Source of the DNA: Chiloscyllium plagiosum
Taxonomy: Eukaryota
DNA: 25,813 nt
Direction of reading: 5' to 3'
NCBI RefSeq assembly: GCF_004010195.1
Contig: NC_057754.1
Coordinates: forward strand, 13,584,506-13,610,318
Under the pieces are notes generated by a model, which ran no database searches, was not told the origin of the DNA, and was given only the letters and a program-made list of their open reading frames with translations. The position numbers and the translations under genes are program-made. This document shows positions 1-10,730 of this stretch, piece after piece (within the stretch, counting starts at the first letter, position 1; each line of letters starts with the position of its first letter).

Positions 1-1480
1 TGTCCACCCCTCTCACCCACTCCAACCTCTCAGCCTCGCAACGCGCAGCCTCCATTCCCTCCGCTCAACACCAACCTCACTACCAAACTGCAGACAAGGG
101 AGGTGCAGTGGGAGTTTGGCACACCTATCTTTACACCACTGAGGCTAAACGTGAACTCACGGACACCTCCTCCTACTGCCCACTTGGCCATGACCCCACC
201 TCCCACCACCAAACCATTACCTCCCAGACCATCCATAACCTCATCACCTCAGGAGATCTCCCATCCACCGCCTCCAATCTCATAGTCCCACAACCTCACA
301 CCGCTCGTTTCTACCTCCTGCCCAAAATCCACAAACCCGACTGCCCCGGCCGACCCATTATCTCAGCCTACTCCAGCCCCACCAAACTCATCTCTGCATA
401 CCTCTATATGGTCCGGTCCGCCTTAGTCCAAGAACTCCCCACCTACGTTTGGGACACCACCCACACGCTCCACCTCCTCCATGATCTTCGCTTCCACTGC
501 CCCCAATGCCTTATCTTCACGATGGACATCCAGTCCCTACACACTTCCATCCGCCATCATGAAGGTCTCCAAGCCCTCCGCTTCTTCTTCTCCCACTGAT
601 CCAACCAGTACCCTTCCACTGACACCCTCCTTCGACTGACTGAACTGGTCCTCACTCTTAACAACTTCTTCTTCCAATCCTCCCACTTTCTCCAAATCAA
701 ATGAGTAGCCATGGGTACCCCATGGGCCCCAGCTATGCCTGCCTCTTCGTTGTATATGTAGAACAGTCCATCTTCCGCAGCTATACTGGCACCACCCCCC
801 ACCTTTTCCTCCGCTACATTCTTGACTGTATCGCCACTACCTCGTGCTCCCACGAGGAGGCTGAACAGTTCATCCACTTTACTAACACCTTCCGCCCCGA
901 CCTCAAATTTACCTGGACCGTCTCAGCCTACTCCCTCCACTTCCTCAACCTCTCCATTTCTATCTCGGGCGACCGACTCAACACAGACATTTACTACAAA
1001 TCAACCGACACCCACAGTTACCTAGATTACATCTTCTCCCACCCTGCCCCCTGTAAAAACGTCATCCCATATTCCCAATTCCTTCGCATCCGCCGCATCT
1101 GCTCCCAGGACGACCAATTCCAGTACCGATCAACCCAAATGGCCACCTTCTTCAAAGACCGCAATTTCCGCTCTGGTGTGATCGATGATGCTCTCCACTG
1201 CATCTCCTCCACGTCGCGCACCTCTGCACTTGAACTCGACCCTTCCAATCGCCACTAGGACAGAACCCCACTGGTCCTCACCTTCCACCCCACCAACCTT
1301 CGGATACATCGTATCATCTTCCGTCATTTCCGCCACCTCCAAACAGACCCCACCACCAGGGATATATTGCCCTCCCCACCCCTATCAGCGTTCCGGAGAG
1401 ACCACTTCCTCCACGAATCCCTCGTCAGGTCCACAACAGCCCCAACCCAACCTCCACTCCCGGTACCTTCCCATGCAACC
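1..1480 (+). mobile_element. Penelope-like retroelement (PLE), reverse transcriptase region, disrupted; runs into assembly gap
   Basis: PLE RT motifs across frames: ARFYLLPKIHKPDCPGRPIIS, FTMDIQSLHTSI, PMGPSYACLFV, FLRYILDC (YxDD equivalent), DIYYKSTDTHSYLDY..SHP..CK..IPYSQFLRIRRICS. In-frame stops (e.g. 597-599) and frameshifts are present. The GIY-YIG endonuclease would fall in the N gap. Confidence 0.9.
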
Positions 1481-1980
1481 NNNNNNNNNNNNNNNNNNNN
1501 NNNNNNNNNNNNNNNNNNNNNNNNNNNNNNNNNNNNNNNNNNNNNNNNNNNNNNNNNNNNNNNNNNNNNNNNNNNNNNNNNNNNNNNNNNNNNNNNNNNN
1601 NNNNNNNNNNNNNNNNNNNNNNNNNNNNNNNNNNNNNNNNNNNNNNNNNNNNNNNNNNNNNNNNNNNNNNNNNNNNNNNNNNNNNNNNNNNNNNNNNNNN
1701 NNNNNNNNNNNNNNNNNNNNNNNNNNNNNNNNNNNNNNNNNNNNNNNNNNNNNNNNNNNNNNNNNNNNNNNNNNNNNNNNNNNNNNNNNNNNNNNNNNNN
1801 NNNNNNNNNNNNNNNNNNNNNNNNNNNNNNNNNNNNNNNNNNNNNNNNNNNNNNNNNNNNNNNNNNNNNNNNNNNNNNNNNNNNNNNNNNNNNNNNNNNN
1901 NNNNNNNNNNNNNNNNNNNNNNNNNNNNNNNNNNNNNNNNNNNNNNNNNNNNNNNNNNNNNNNNNNNNNNNNNNNNNNNN
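1481..1980. other. Assembly gap (500 N)
   Basis: Run of N; ORFs spanning it are artefacts. Confidence 1.
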
Positions 1981-4095
1981 TGCTCTCCACTAACCTTCAA
2001 ATTTGGTGTCATCTGCAGACTTACTAACTATACCTCTTATGTTCACATAAAAATCATTTATATAAATGACTAAAAGTAGTGGACCCAACACCGATCCTAA
2101 TGACACTCAACTGCTCACAGGCCTCCATTCTGAAGTGCAACCCTCCACCACCACTTTCTGTCTTCTACCTTCGAGCCAGTTCTGGATCCAAATTGCTGCT
2201 CTCCCTGTATTCCATGAAGTCTAACCTTGTGAAGCCGTTTCCAATGGGGAACCATTTTGAATGCCCGACTAAAGTTCATTTAGATCGTATCCCTCACTCT
2301 GCTCTCATAAATCCTCTTTGTTCCTTCTTCAAAAACACAACCAAGTTCGTCAGACATTATTTCCCACGCCATGTTGACTATCCTTGATCAGTCTTTGCCT
2401 TTACAAATAATTGTAAGTCCTGTCCCTCAGGATTCTGTCCAATACCTTGCCAACCACCAACATCAGGCTCACCATTCTATAGTTCCCTGGCTTTTCATTG
2501 CCACCTTTCGTAAGTATTGGTATTGCATTAGCCAACGTGCAATCTTCCTGCAACTCACTGGTTAAAATTCATTACACAAATATGTCAGCAAGGGGCCCAG
2601 CAATCACTTCCTTAGCTTCCCATGAAGTTCGGGGACACACTTCATCAGGCCCTGGGGATTTATCCACTTTCATACATGTCAAGACATCCAGTACCTCTTC
2701 CTCTGTAATATGGATAATTTTCAAGATGTAACTATCTATTTTCCCACACTCTCTGTCTTCCATGTTCTGTTCCACAGTAAATACTGATGCAAAATGCTCG
2801 TTTATAATCTCCCCCATCTCCTGTGGCACCACACATAGGCCGCCATGCTGATCATTGAGAAGCCTCATTCTCTCCCTAGTTATCATTTTGCCCTGATTGT
2901 ATTTATAAAAGCCTTAGGATTATCCTTAACCCTATTTGCCAACGCTATCTCATGTCCCCTTTTTGCCCTCCAGATTTCCCTCTTAAGTATACTCCTACTG
3001 CCATTATACGTTTCTATGGGTTCACTCGATCTCTCCTGTCTATACCTGATAGATGCTTCCTTCTTTGTTTTGTCTAAAACCTCAATTTCTCTCGGTATCC
3101 AGCATTCCATATGCCAGAACCCTTTCCTTTCCCCTACAGGAATGTACTGTCTCTGGACACTAGTTATCTTATTGCTGAAGGCTTCCCATTTTCCAGCAAA
3201 CATCTTCCCCCAACCAGCTTTTGAAAGTTCTTGCCTAATATCGTCAAAATTAGCCTTCATCCAATTTAGAACTTTTAGGTCCGGTCTATCCTTTCCACCA
3301 TTATTTTAAAACTAATAGAATTGTGGTCGCTGGCCCCAAGATGGTCCCCCAATAACAACTCAGTCTCCTGCTCTGCCACATTTCCCAAGATTAGGTCAAG
3401 TTTTGTACCTTCCTTAAAAATTTTTATCCACATACTGAATCAGAAAATTTTATTGCACACACTTAAATTCCCCTCCATCTTAACCATCAACACTATGGAA
3501 GACCCAGTCTAGGTTTGGAAAGTTAAAATACCCTCCCATAACCACCCTATTATTCTTACAGATAACTGAAATCTCCTTAAAAATCTGCTTCTCAATTTCC
3601 TGCTGACTATTAGGGGTTCTATAATAAAATCCCAATAAGGTGATCATCCCTTTCTTATTTCTCAGTTCCACCCAAATAACTTCCCTGAATGTATTCCCCA
3701 GAATATCCTCCCTAAGTACACCTTTAATGCTATCCCTTATCAAAAACACTACTCCCCCTCCTCTCTTGCCCTCCTTCTATCCTTCTCAGAACATTTGTAA
3801 CCTGAAACATTGACCTGCCAGTCCTGTCCATCCATGAGCCACCATTCTGTATTTGCTATGATATCCCAGTTTCATGATCCTAACCATGCCCTGAGTTCAT
3901 CTGCATTGAACGCTCTCTAGCATGGAAGTAAATGCACTTTTATTTATGACGACACTTTGTTCTCTGCTTTTTCCCTGCCCCTCCTGACTGTTTGACTCGC
4001 TTCTTTTCGCAGTATCAGATTGTTCTCTTTCCACACTACCTCCCTGGCTCCCACCCCCTTCCCGCCTCCCCCACATTACTAGTTTAAATGCTCCC
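1981..4095 (-). mobile_element. CR1 LINE fragment (ORF2 endonuclease, tether and N-terminal RT), decayed
   Basis: Minus-strand peptides EVIWVELRNKKGMITLLGFYYRTPNS, VVMGGYFNFPNLDW, KANFDDIRQEL, LANRVKDNPKAF, MKVDKSPGPDEVCPR. The 5' end lies at the CR1 ORF1/ORF2 junction motif (GGGAGCATTTAAACTAG, ~4079-4095). Confidence 0.9.
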
Positions 4096-4096
4096 T

Positions 4097-4363
4097 CAGT
4101 TCGAGGCCTCGCTCTCACAGACAAGAGGGACAGGATGCTAATTTGAACTTCACATGTACCTGCGATGTTTATTCGTTATTCTGGTACCATCAGTACCATG
4201 CAGACGGCTCAAAATTGCAGTCTGGAGGCAGAATAGCAGTGCTGTCTGAAATTAAGGCAGATTTCACTTCGAACCACTTTCCTGAAAGTTCTGCATTCAG
4301 CCAAGTTAATATGTCGGAGCTGCTGTTGCGTGAAACCGCGATGCAATTCTGTGCAATCAGATT
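4097..4363 (+). pseudogene. TCR V(alpha/delta)-like segment pseudogene, 5' end (leader/intron) lost at the CR1 junction
   Basis: QFEASLS/(frameshift)/QEGQDANLNFTCTCDVYSLFWYHQ...SQVNMSELLLRETAMQFCAIR matches the V-set pattern EG..A.L.C, L.WY.Q, L...D.A.Y.CA. The first Cys is mutated (TTC). Followed immediately by heptamer-like CACAGCA at 4364-4370; no convincing nonamer at 23-bp spacing. Confidence 0.75.
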
Positions 4364-4794
4364 CACAGCACTATAAATCTTGCGCAAACATGCTGAAGGT
4401 TTCTAAGTCGCATTTATTGGCGGTTGAGGACTGTTCATAAGTCCATAGGACAACAGATAAAAACAGTTTTTAATATGGTTCACAGTGAATACTGACTCTG
4501 GCTATTTCACCGACCGTGTGAGGGCCGAATTGGTTTCTAAATATTTGGGAATGGCTGTGATCTTCCCACTTACTTTCATTGAGAATATAAACCCTGCAAT
4601 ATGCATAACTATGAATTGACATTCTGGGGGAAAATGTGAACAAATATTTTTCGATTTATTTTCTTATATATTTGTGGGAGTTGGCTCGCCAGCAATAATA
4701 GCACATCCCTATTTGCTCTTAAGAAGATGATGGTGAGCTGCTTTTTTGAATCACTGCCGTCCACTTCCTGTGGGTTGACCCCCTCCACTTTCTG

Positions 4795-4931
4795 AGTAGC
4801 GGCACGGTGGTTCAGTAGTTAGTACTGCTGCCTCACAGCGCCAGGGACCCAAGTTGAATTCCAGCCTCAGGCGACTGTCTGTGTGAAGTTTGCACATTCT
4901 CCCCGTGTCTGTGTGGGTTTCCTCCCACAGT
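4795..4931 (+). mobile_element. HE1-type tRNA-derived SINE (V-SINE), 3'-truncated
   Basis: GCGGCACGGTGGTTCAGTAGTTAG (A box) ... CAAGTTGAATTCC (B box), then the V-SINE core GTCTGTGTGAAGTTTGCACATTCTCCCCGTGTCTGTGTGGGTTTCCTCC typical of elasmobranch HE1. Confidence 0.85.
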
Positions 4932-5797
4932 TAGAGTGTCTCTTATTGGTGATGGTCATTGCTTGGCATTCGTGTGGCGTGAATGTTACCTACCACTTGT
5001 CGGCCCGAGCCTGGATATTGTCCAGATCTTGTTGCATTTGAGCACGGACTACTTTAGTATCAGAGGAGCCGGAATGGTGCTGAACACTGCAATCATTGGC
5101 GAACATCCCCACTTCTGACCTTATGACAGAGGGAAGGTCATTGATGAAACATCTGAAGATTTTTGGGCTTGATGGACTGAAGGACTCCAGCAGAGATGCC
5201 CTGGAGCTGAGATGACTGACCCTCCACAGCGACAATCATCTTCCTTTGTGCCAGGTATAACTCTAACCAGCGGACTGTTTGTTATAAAATCCATTGATTC
5301 CAGTTTTGCCAGTGCTCCTTGATGCCATACTCAGTCAAATGCGGCCTTGATGCCAAGGGCTGTCACTTTCACATCAACTCTGGAATTCAGCTCTTTTGGC
5401 CATGTTTGAACCAAGGTTGTAATGAGATCAGGAGCTGAGTGACCCTGGCGAAACCCAAACTGGTCGGCACTGAGCAGGTGCTGCTGGATAGCTCTGTTGA
5501 TGACCGCTACCATTGCACGCTGATTGGGCGGGAAGTGGCCGGCATGGATTTATCCTGTCTTTTTGTGTACAGGACATACCAGGACAGTTGTCGGGGAGAT
5601 GCAAGTGTTGTAACTGTACTGGAAGAGCTTGGCTAAGGGAGCATCATATTCTGTAGCACACGTCTTCAGTACTAATACAAGAATGTTATCAGGACCCATT
5701 GCCTTTGAAGTATCCCGAGCCTCCAGCCGTTTCTTGATATCACGTCGAATGAATAGAATTGACTGGAGCTTGGTATCTGTGATGCTGGGGACCTCTT

Positions 5798-7535
5798 TAA
5801 AAGCGCGAAGGAGCCGTGGTTTAATAAGGAATTGGAATCCCTTGTTAAATGGAAGAGGGCGGCCTATCTCAAGATGAGACGTGAAGGTTCATTTGGGGCG
5901 ATTGAGAGTTATAGGGTAGCCAGGAAGGACCTGAAGAGAGAGCTAAGAGCAGCAAGGAGGGAACATGAAACGTCCTTAGTCGGTAGGATTAGGGAAAACC
6001 CTAAGGCTTTCTATAGGTATGTTAGGAATAAAAGAATGACTAGGGTAGGAATAGGTCCAGTCAAGGATAGTAGTGGGAAGTTGCGTGTGGAGGCGGAAGA
6101 GATGGGGGAGACACTGAATGAATACTTTTCTTCAGTATTTACTCAGGAACAGGGCATTGTCGTCGATGTGAATACCGAGTCACAAATAAGTAGAATGGAT
6201 GGCTGTGAGGTATGTAGAGAAGAGGTGTTGGAAATCCTGGAAAAGGTGAAAATAGATAAGTCCCCTGGGCCTGATGGCATTTATCCTAGGATTCTCTGGG
6301 AAGCAAGGGAGGAGATTGCAGAGCCATTGGCCTTGATTTTTATGTCCTCTTTGTCTACAGGAGTAGTGCCAGAAGACTGGAGGATAGCAAATGTGGTACC
6401 CTTGTNNNNNNNNNNNNNNNNNNNNNNNNNNNNNNNNNNNNNNNNNNNNNNNNNNNNNNNNNNNNNNNNNNNNNNNNNNNNNNNNNNNNNNNNNNNNNNN
6501 NNNNNNNNNNNNNNNNNNNNNNNNNNNNNNNNNNNNNNNNNNNNNNNNNNNNNNNNNNNNNNNNNNNNNNNNNNNNNNNNNNNNNNNNNNNNNNNNNNNN
6601 NNNNNNNNNNNNNNNNNNNNNNNNNNNNNNNNNNNNNNNNNNNNNNNNNNNNNNNNNNNNNNNNNNNNNNNNNNNNNNNNNNNNNNNNNNNNNNNNNNNN
6701 NNNNNNNNNNNNNNNNNNNNNNNNNNNNNNNNNNNNNNNNNNNNNNNNNNNNNNNNNNNNNNNNNNNNNNNNNNNNNNNNNNNNNNNNNNNNNNNNNNNN
6801 NNNNNNNNNNNNNNNNNNNNNNNNNNNNNNNNNNNNNNNNNNNNNNNNNNNNNNNNNNNNNNNNNNNNNNNNNNNNNNNNNNNNNNNNNNNNNNNNNNNN
6901 NNNNNNNNNNNNNNNNNNNNNNNNNNNNNNNNNNNNNNNNNNNNNNNNNNNNNNNNNNNNNNNNNNNNNNNNNNNNNNNNNNNNNNNNNNNNNNNNNNNN
7001 NNNNNNNNNNNNNNNNNNNNNNNNNNNNNNNNNNNNNNNNNNNNNNNNNNNNNNNNNNNNNNNNNNNNNNNNNNNNNNNNNNNNNNNNNNNNNNNNNNNN
7101 NNNNNNNNNNNNNNNNNNNNNNNNNNNNNNNNNNNNNNNNNNNNNNNNNNNNNNNNNNNNNNNNNNNNNNNNNNNNNNNNNNNNNNNNNNNNNNNNNNNN
7201 NNNNNNNNNNNNNNNNNNNNNNNNNNNNNNNNNNNNNNNNNNNNNNNNNNNNNNNNNNNNNNNNNNNNNNNNNNNNNNNNNNNNNNNNNNNNNNTAAATT
7301 AAGGGGGGGTAGATATAGGACTGAAGTTAGGGGTAGTTTCTTCACTCAGCGAGTCGTAAGTTCATGGAATGCCCTGCCAGTAGCAGTGGTGGAATCTACC
7401 TCTTTATGGGCATTTAAGCGGGCATTGGATAGGTATATGGAGGATAGTGGGTTAGTATAGGTTAGGTGGGCTTGGATCGGCGCAACATCGAGGGCCAAAG
7501 GGCCTGTACTGCGCTGTATTCTTCTATGTTCTATG
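5798..7535 (+). mobile_element. Young 5'-truncated CR1 LINE (ORF2 tether/RT to 3' UTR), spans assembly gap
   Basis: Stop-free frame ..IRENPKAFYRYVRNKR..KIDKSPGPDGIYPRILWEAREEIAEPL..VPEDWRIANVVPL, and after the gap KLRGGRYRTEVRGSFFTQRVVSSWNALP. CR1 3' tail GGGCCAAAGGGCCTGTACTGCGCTGT..TTCTATGTTCTATG. Confidence 0.92.
6406..7293. other. Assembly gap (888 N)
   Basis: Run of N inside the CR1 copy. Confidence 1.
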
Positions 7536-7904
7536 AACCTAAGATGGATAATTCACTCGGCACCTCTGACTGAAGATTGTTGCGAATACATCAAACTTAT
7601 CTGTTGCACTGATGTGCTGGGTTCCTCCATCACTGAGGATGGGGTATCTGTAAAGCCTCCTCCTCCAATGATTTGTTTAATTCTCCATCTCCATTCACGA
7701 CTGGATTTGGAAGGACGAAGATCTGATCGTTTGGTTGTGGGATCGCTTAGCTCTGCCTATCACTTGCTGTTTATGCTGTTTGGCACACAAGTAGTCCGGT
7801 CACCAGGTTGACACCTGATGTTTAGGTATGTCTGATACTGTGAGGACATGTCCTCCTGCAGTCACCGTTGAACCAGGGTTGAGCCCCTGGTTGCATCGGG
7901 TAGA

Positions 7905-8096
7905 GAGGCGAAAGTGAGGACTGCAGATGCTGGAGATCAGAGTCAAGATTAGAGTGGTGCTGGAGAATCACAGCAGGTCAGGCAAGATCCGAGGAGTAGG
8001 CCTCTCATTCCTGATGAAGGGCTCCTCCCCGAACCATCGAGTTTCCTGCTCATTGGATGCTGCCTGACCTGCTGTGCTTTTCCAGCACCACTCTAA
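7905..8096. mobile_element. Penelope terminal-repeat (pLTR)-derived palindromic insertion with degenerate hammerhead core
   Basis: Inverted arms 7949-8000 and 8045-8096 (TTAGAGTGGTGCTGGA..CAGCAGGTCAGGCA vs TGCCTGACCTGCTG..TCCAGCACCACTCTAA). The loop contains CTGATGAAGGGC..CCCGAACCATC. Same family as 16217-16348 and 25645-25813. Confidence 0.75.
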
Positions 8097-8499
8097 CGTT
8101 GAGTAGGGTATATCCCAGGCCATGACGTTGCAGATTGTGCTGGAGTAGAGTTCAACTGCTGTTGATGGCCCACTGTGCATCATGGATGCCCAGTTTTGAG
8201 CTTTTAGATCGGTTTGAAGTCTGCCCAGGTTAGCACAGTGATAGTGCCACACAACACGATGGAGGTTATTCTCAAATGTGAAGGCGGGACTTTGTCTCCA
8301 CCAGGACAGTGCGGTGGTCACTTTTACCTATACTGCCATGGGCATATTAATAAGGATGACATCAAGTGTATTTTTTTTTTCCTTTTGTAGATTCCTTCAC
8401 CATTTGCTGCAGATCTAGTCTAACAGACATATCTTTTCGAACCCGACCAGCTTGATCAGTAATGCTGCTGCTGAGCCACTCTTGTTTATGGACACTGTA

Positions 8500-8772
8500 G
8501 TGGATATCTACTATTGAAGACGTATGTTACAGAATATGCTGTTCCCCTAGCCACGTTCTTACAGTACTGTTACAACACTTGCAACTACCCGGCAATGTGG
8601 AGAACTGACCAGGTGTGTCCTGTACACAAAAAGCAGGACAAATCCATAGCAGCCAATTACTGCTCTTCATCATCAGTAATGTGATAGAAGGGGTCATCAA
8701 CAGAGCTATCCAGCAGCGTCTGCTCAGCAACAACCTGCTCAGTGCCAACCAGTTTGGGTTTTGTCAGGGTCA
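8500..8772 (+). mobile_element. Inverted RT fragment of the same LINE family inserted in its endonuclease region
   Basis: Plus-strand ..IISNVIEGVINRAIQQRLLSNNLLSANQFGFCQGH is homologous to the minus-strand VINRAIQQHLLSADQFGFRQGH at 5440-5513. Flanked on both sides by minus-strand EN sequence. Confidence 0.8.
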
Positions 8773-9269
8773 TCTAGGCCCCCCAGAGTACATTTTGCGC
8801 TGCTGACACACTCAATGCTTCCTTCAAGTGTTGCGCAACATTGCGGAGTACTGGTTAAGACGAAGGAGGATGATATATGATAACCAGTAAGAGGTTTCCT
8901 TGCCCATGTTTAATCTGAGCCATGAGACTTCATGGGGTCCCCAGTCGATATCAAGGACTCCCAGGGCAACTCCCACCCGACCGTATACCACTGTGCTCCC
9001 ACCTCTGCTCAGTCTGCCCTTCCGGTGGGACAAGATGATTCCAGGGATATTAATGGCGGTGTCTGAGGTGTTATTTGTAAAGTATGATTCCGTAAGAATG
9101 ATTACTTCAGGCTGTTGCTTGACTAGTCTAAGAGACAGCTCTCCCATTTTCGGCACTATCCCCCAGGTGTTAGTGAGGAGGACTTTGCACGCCGACAGAG
9201 CTGTTTGTCTTCTTTTTTCTGATTCCAAGGTCAATGCCAGGTCCTTTGTTGTGACTTTCTAGCAATTGA

Positions 9270-9568
9270 TACAACTGAGTGAATTGCTAGGCCATTTCAG
9301 AGGGCAGTTGGGAGTCAACCACAGTGCTGTGGCTCCGAGTTACATGTAGTCCGGACCAGGTAAGGATAGCAGATTTCTTTCCCGAAAGGACATTGGTGAT
9401 CCAGAGGGTTTTTTTCTGACAATTGGCAATGGTCATCAATTGACTCTTAATTTTGAATTCAAATTCCACCGTCTGCCGTGGCGGTATTCAAGCCCAGGTC
9501 CCCAAGCCATTATTCTGGGCTTCAGTATTAATAGTCGACCGATAGTACTACAATGCCACCGCCTCCCC
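9270..9568 (-). mobile_element. SacSINE1/DeuSINE-type head: tRNA-derived Pol III promoter plus Deu-type body
   Basis: Minus strand GGGGAGGCGGTGGCATTGTAG (A-box-like, ~9548-9558), GGCTTGAATAC (B-box-like, ~9484-9494), GGTGGAATTTGAATTC, then AATGTCCTTTCGGGAAAGAAATCTGCTATCCTTACCTGGTCCGGACTACATGTAACTC..GTGGTTGACTC..CTGCCCTCTGAAATGGCCTAGC, recognised as the shark DeuSINE body. Confidence 0.75.
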
Positions 9569-10178
9569 AGGAATATCAGGAGAGATCAGGATGTAGTGTG
9601 AGCAGCAACCCATCAGGTGAGAAAATCCCCAAGCAACTTGATTGAATGCCTATCAATGTTGAATATATACATTAAATCCAGATTAGATGCATCATAAAAT
9701 GAGGCAAAAGAAGTTATTTTCATTATGTGATGAACAAATGATGAAAATAGAACAAAAAGAAAAATAAATAAAATCCGGAAGGGCAGGCATAGAGTATTTT
9801 TGGAACAAATGGCCTAAAACACTATTGAGTATAAAAGTATTTTTTCAAGTGGGATGTGCATTATAGAATAATAGCAGCTTAATGAGAAATGCGATTGGAT
9901 AAGGTCCTACGTGAATAAAATGTCTGAAAGCGCTTTTTAAACCTGCATTAATAGGCTTCTTCATTTACTTGTAGTGTACATCTTTGCTGAGGACACCTTT
10001 TCTCATGATGTTCAGAATGCATTCAATATGAAAAAAAACAGTGCAGAACCAATTTGCTCCTCTTATTATTTACTTGTATTTATTTCATTACAGATTTTCT
10101 GGTAATAAGTTTAGAAAGTTCATGTTTCGCTCAAAACTTACAGAAGATCCCCTTTTAAAACTTGTCACACTGTGTTTA

Positions 10179-10217
10179 CGTTTTCGCATGAGACTCTCTC
10201 TGGTTCTTGCCACTGTG
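10179..10217 (-). promoter_or_regulatory. 23-bp-spacer recombination signal sequence (RSS) of the adjacent V segment
   Basis: Perfect heptamer CACAGTG (10217-10211), exactly 23 nt spacer, nonamer GCGAAAACG (10187-10179; 6/9 to ACAAAAACC), directly after YYCRLKD. Confidence 0.9.
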
Positions 10218-10730
10218 TCCTTCAGCCTGCAGTAATAGATCTTGCTGTCAGAGAGTTGTAACTCACTGATGGTGAAATTCTCTTCACGTTTTAAACTGTC
10301 AATAGATGCAGAAAATCCAGACACCCGCTTTCTGCTCTGAAAACATTTCGATAGCTATGGATATAGAAGAAGAGGTTAGAGCCGTTATCCTTGTCTTGAC
10401 AGTATAGTTACAGGTAATATGAAGTATTTGTAGTTCCATAGCTGCAATTTATCAGCACTGAATCTGCTTCGAAGCATTTCACTGCACCTGGCAGAGACAG
10501 AATCTGCTCAACACCCGCAAAAAAGAAGAGAGGGGAAACGTTAATGCGTTCATTGCCATTATCTCTTTCTCTGAAGCAATCTTTTTTTCTGAAATATAGA
10601 GAACGCACACAAAAAGGAAACCAAATATGATATCAATATCACCATCACGTATTTATTTACAATTTGGTGAACTTGCTAGTTAGAAAAAATGCAGCAATGA
10701 GGAATCAGTAAATGATAAGAGCCAATTCGT
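10218..10730 (-). pseudogene. TCR V(alpha/delta)-like segment pseudogene with leader exon and intron
   Basis: V exon ~10514-10218: (A)DSVS../EADSVLINCSYGTTNTSYYL*LYCQ../SGFSASIDSLKREENFTISELQLSDSKIYYCRLKD. Stop and loss of Trp41 in FR2, frameshifts, acceptor mutated (TTTTGCGG|GT). Putative leader 10730-10677 with ATG->ACG and donor GCAAGT. Intact 23-RSS. Confidence 0.9.

Larger units (their letters stand above)
4648..9568 (-). mobile_element. CR1/L2-group LINE with a tRNA-derived SINE-type 5' head; internally deleted and interrupted by nested insertions
   Basis: 3' tail at ~4650-4790. RT pieces: FINDLPSVIRSEVGMFANDC (4990-5235) and QFGFRQGHSAPDLIT..TALGIKAAFD (5331-5513). EN pieces: LLTNTWGIVPKMGEL..IILTESY (8824-9234) and HKQEWLSS..TDQAG (~8450-8490). 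All are colinear on the minus strand, and the host sequence is continuous across the insertions at 5798-7535 and 7905-8096. Confidence 0.8.

Noticed and set aside
1185..2027. Long ORFs containing X runs (also 6281-7345 and 6391-7302)
   Set aside because: Artefacts of N gaps.
4143..4190. Extra cysteines (FTCTC) in CDR1 of the plus-strand V, suggesting a NAR-TCR supporting V-delta
   Set aside because: Single-base changes from an LNCTYTG-like sequence explain them in a decayed pseudogene, and the missing leader is explained by the CR1 junction.
4390..4620. Possible second V relic (DCS*, LIWF, FTDRVRAEL..FPLT) and a lone CACAGTG at 4481-4487
   Set aside because: Motif spacing does not fit a V domain, and the heptamer has no nonamer at 12 or 23 nt.
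9920..10175. Plus-strand leader-like stretch, strong acceptor at 10093 and FSGNKF..KLTED..LVTLC
   Set aside because: No good donor and no Trp or FR3 motifs; indistinguishable from AT-rich background without a profile search.
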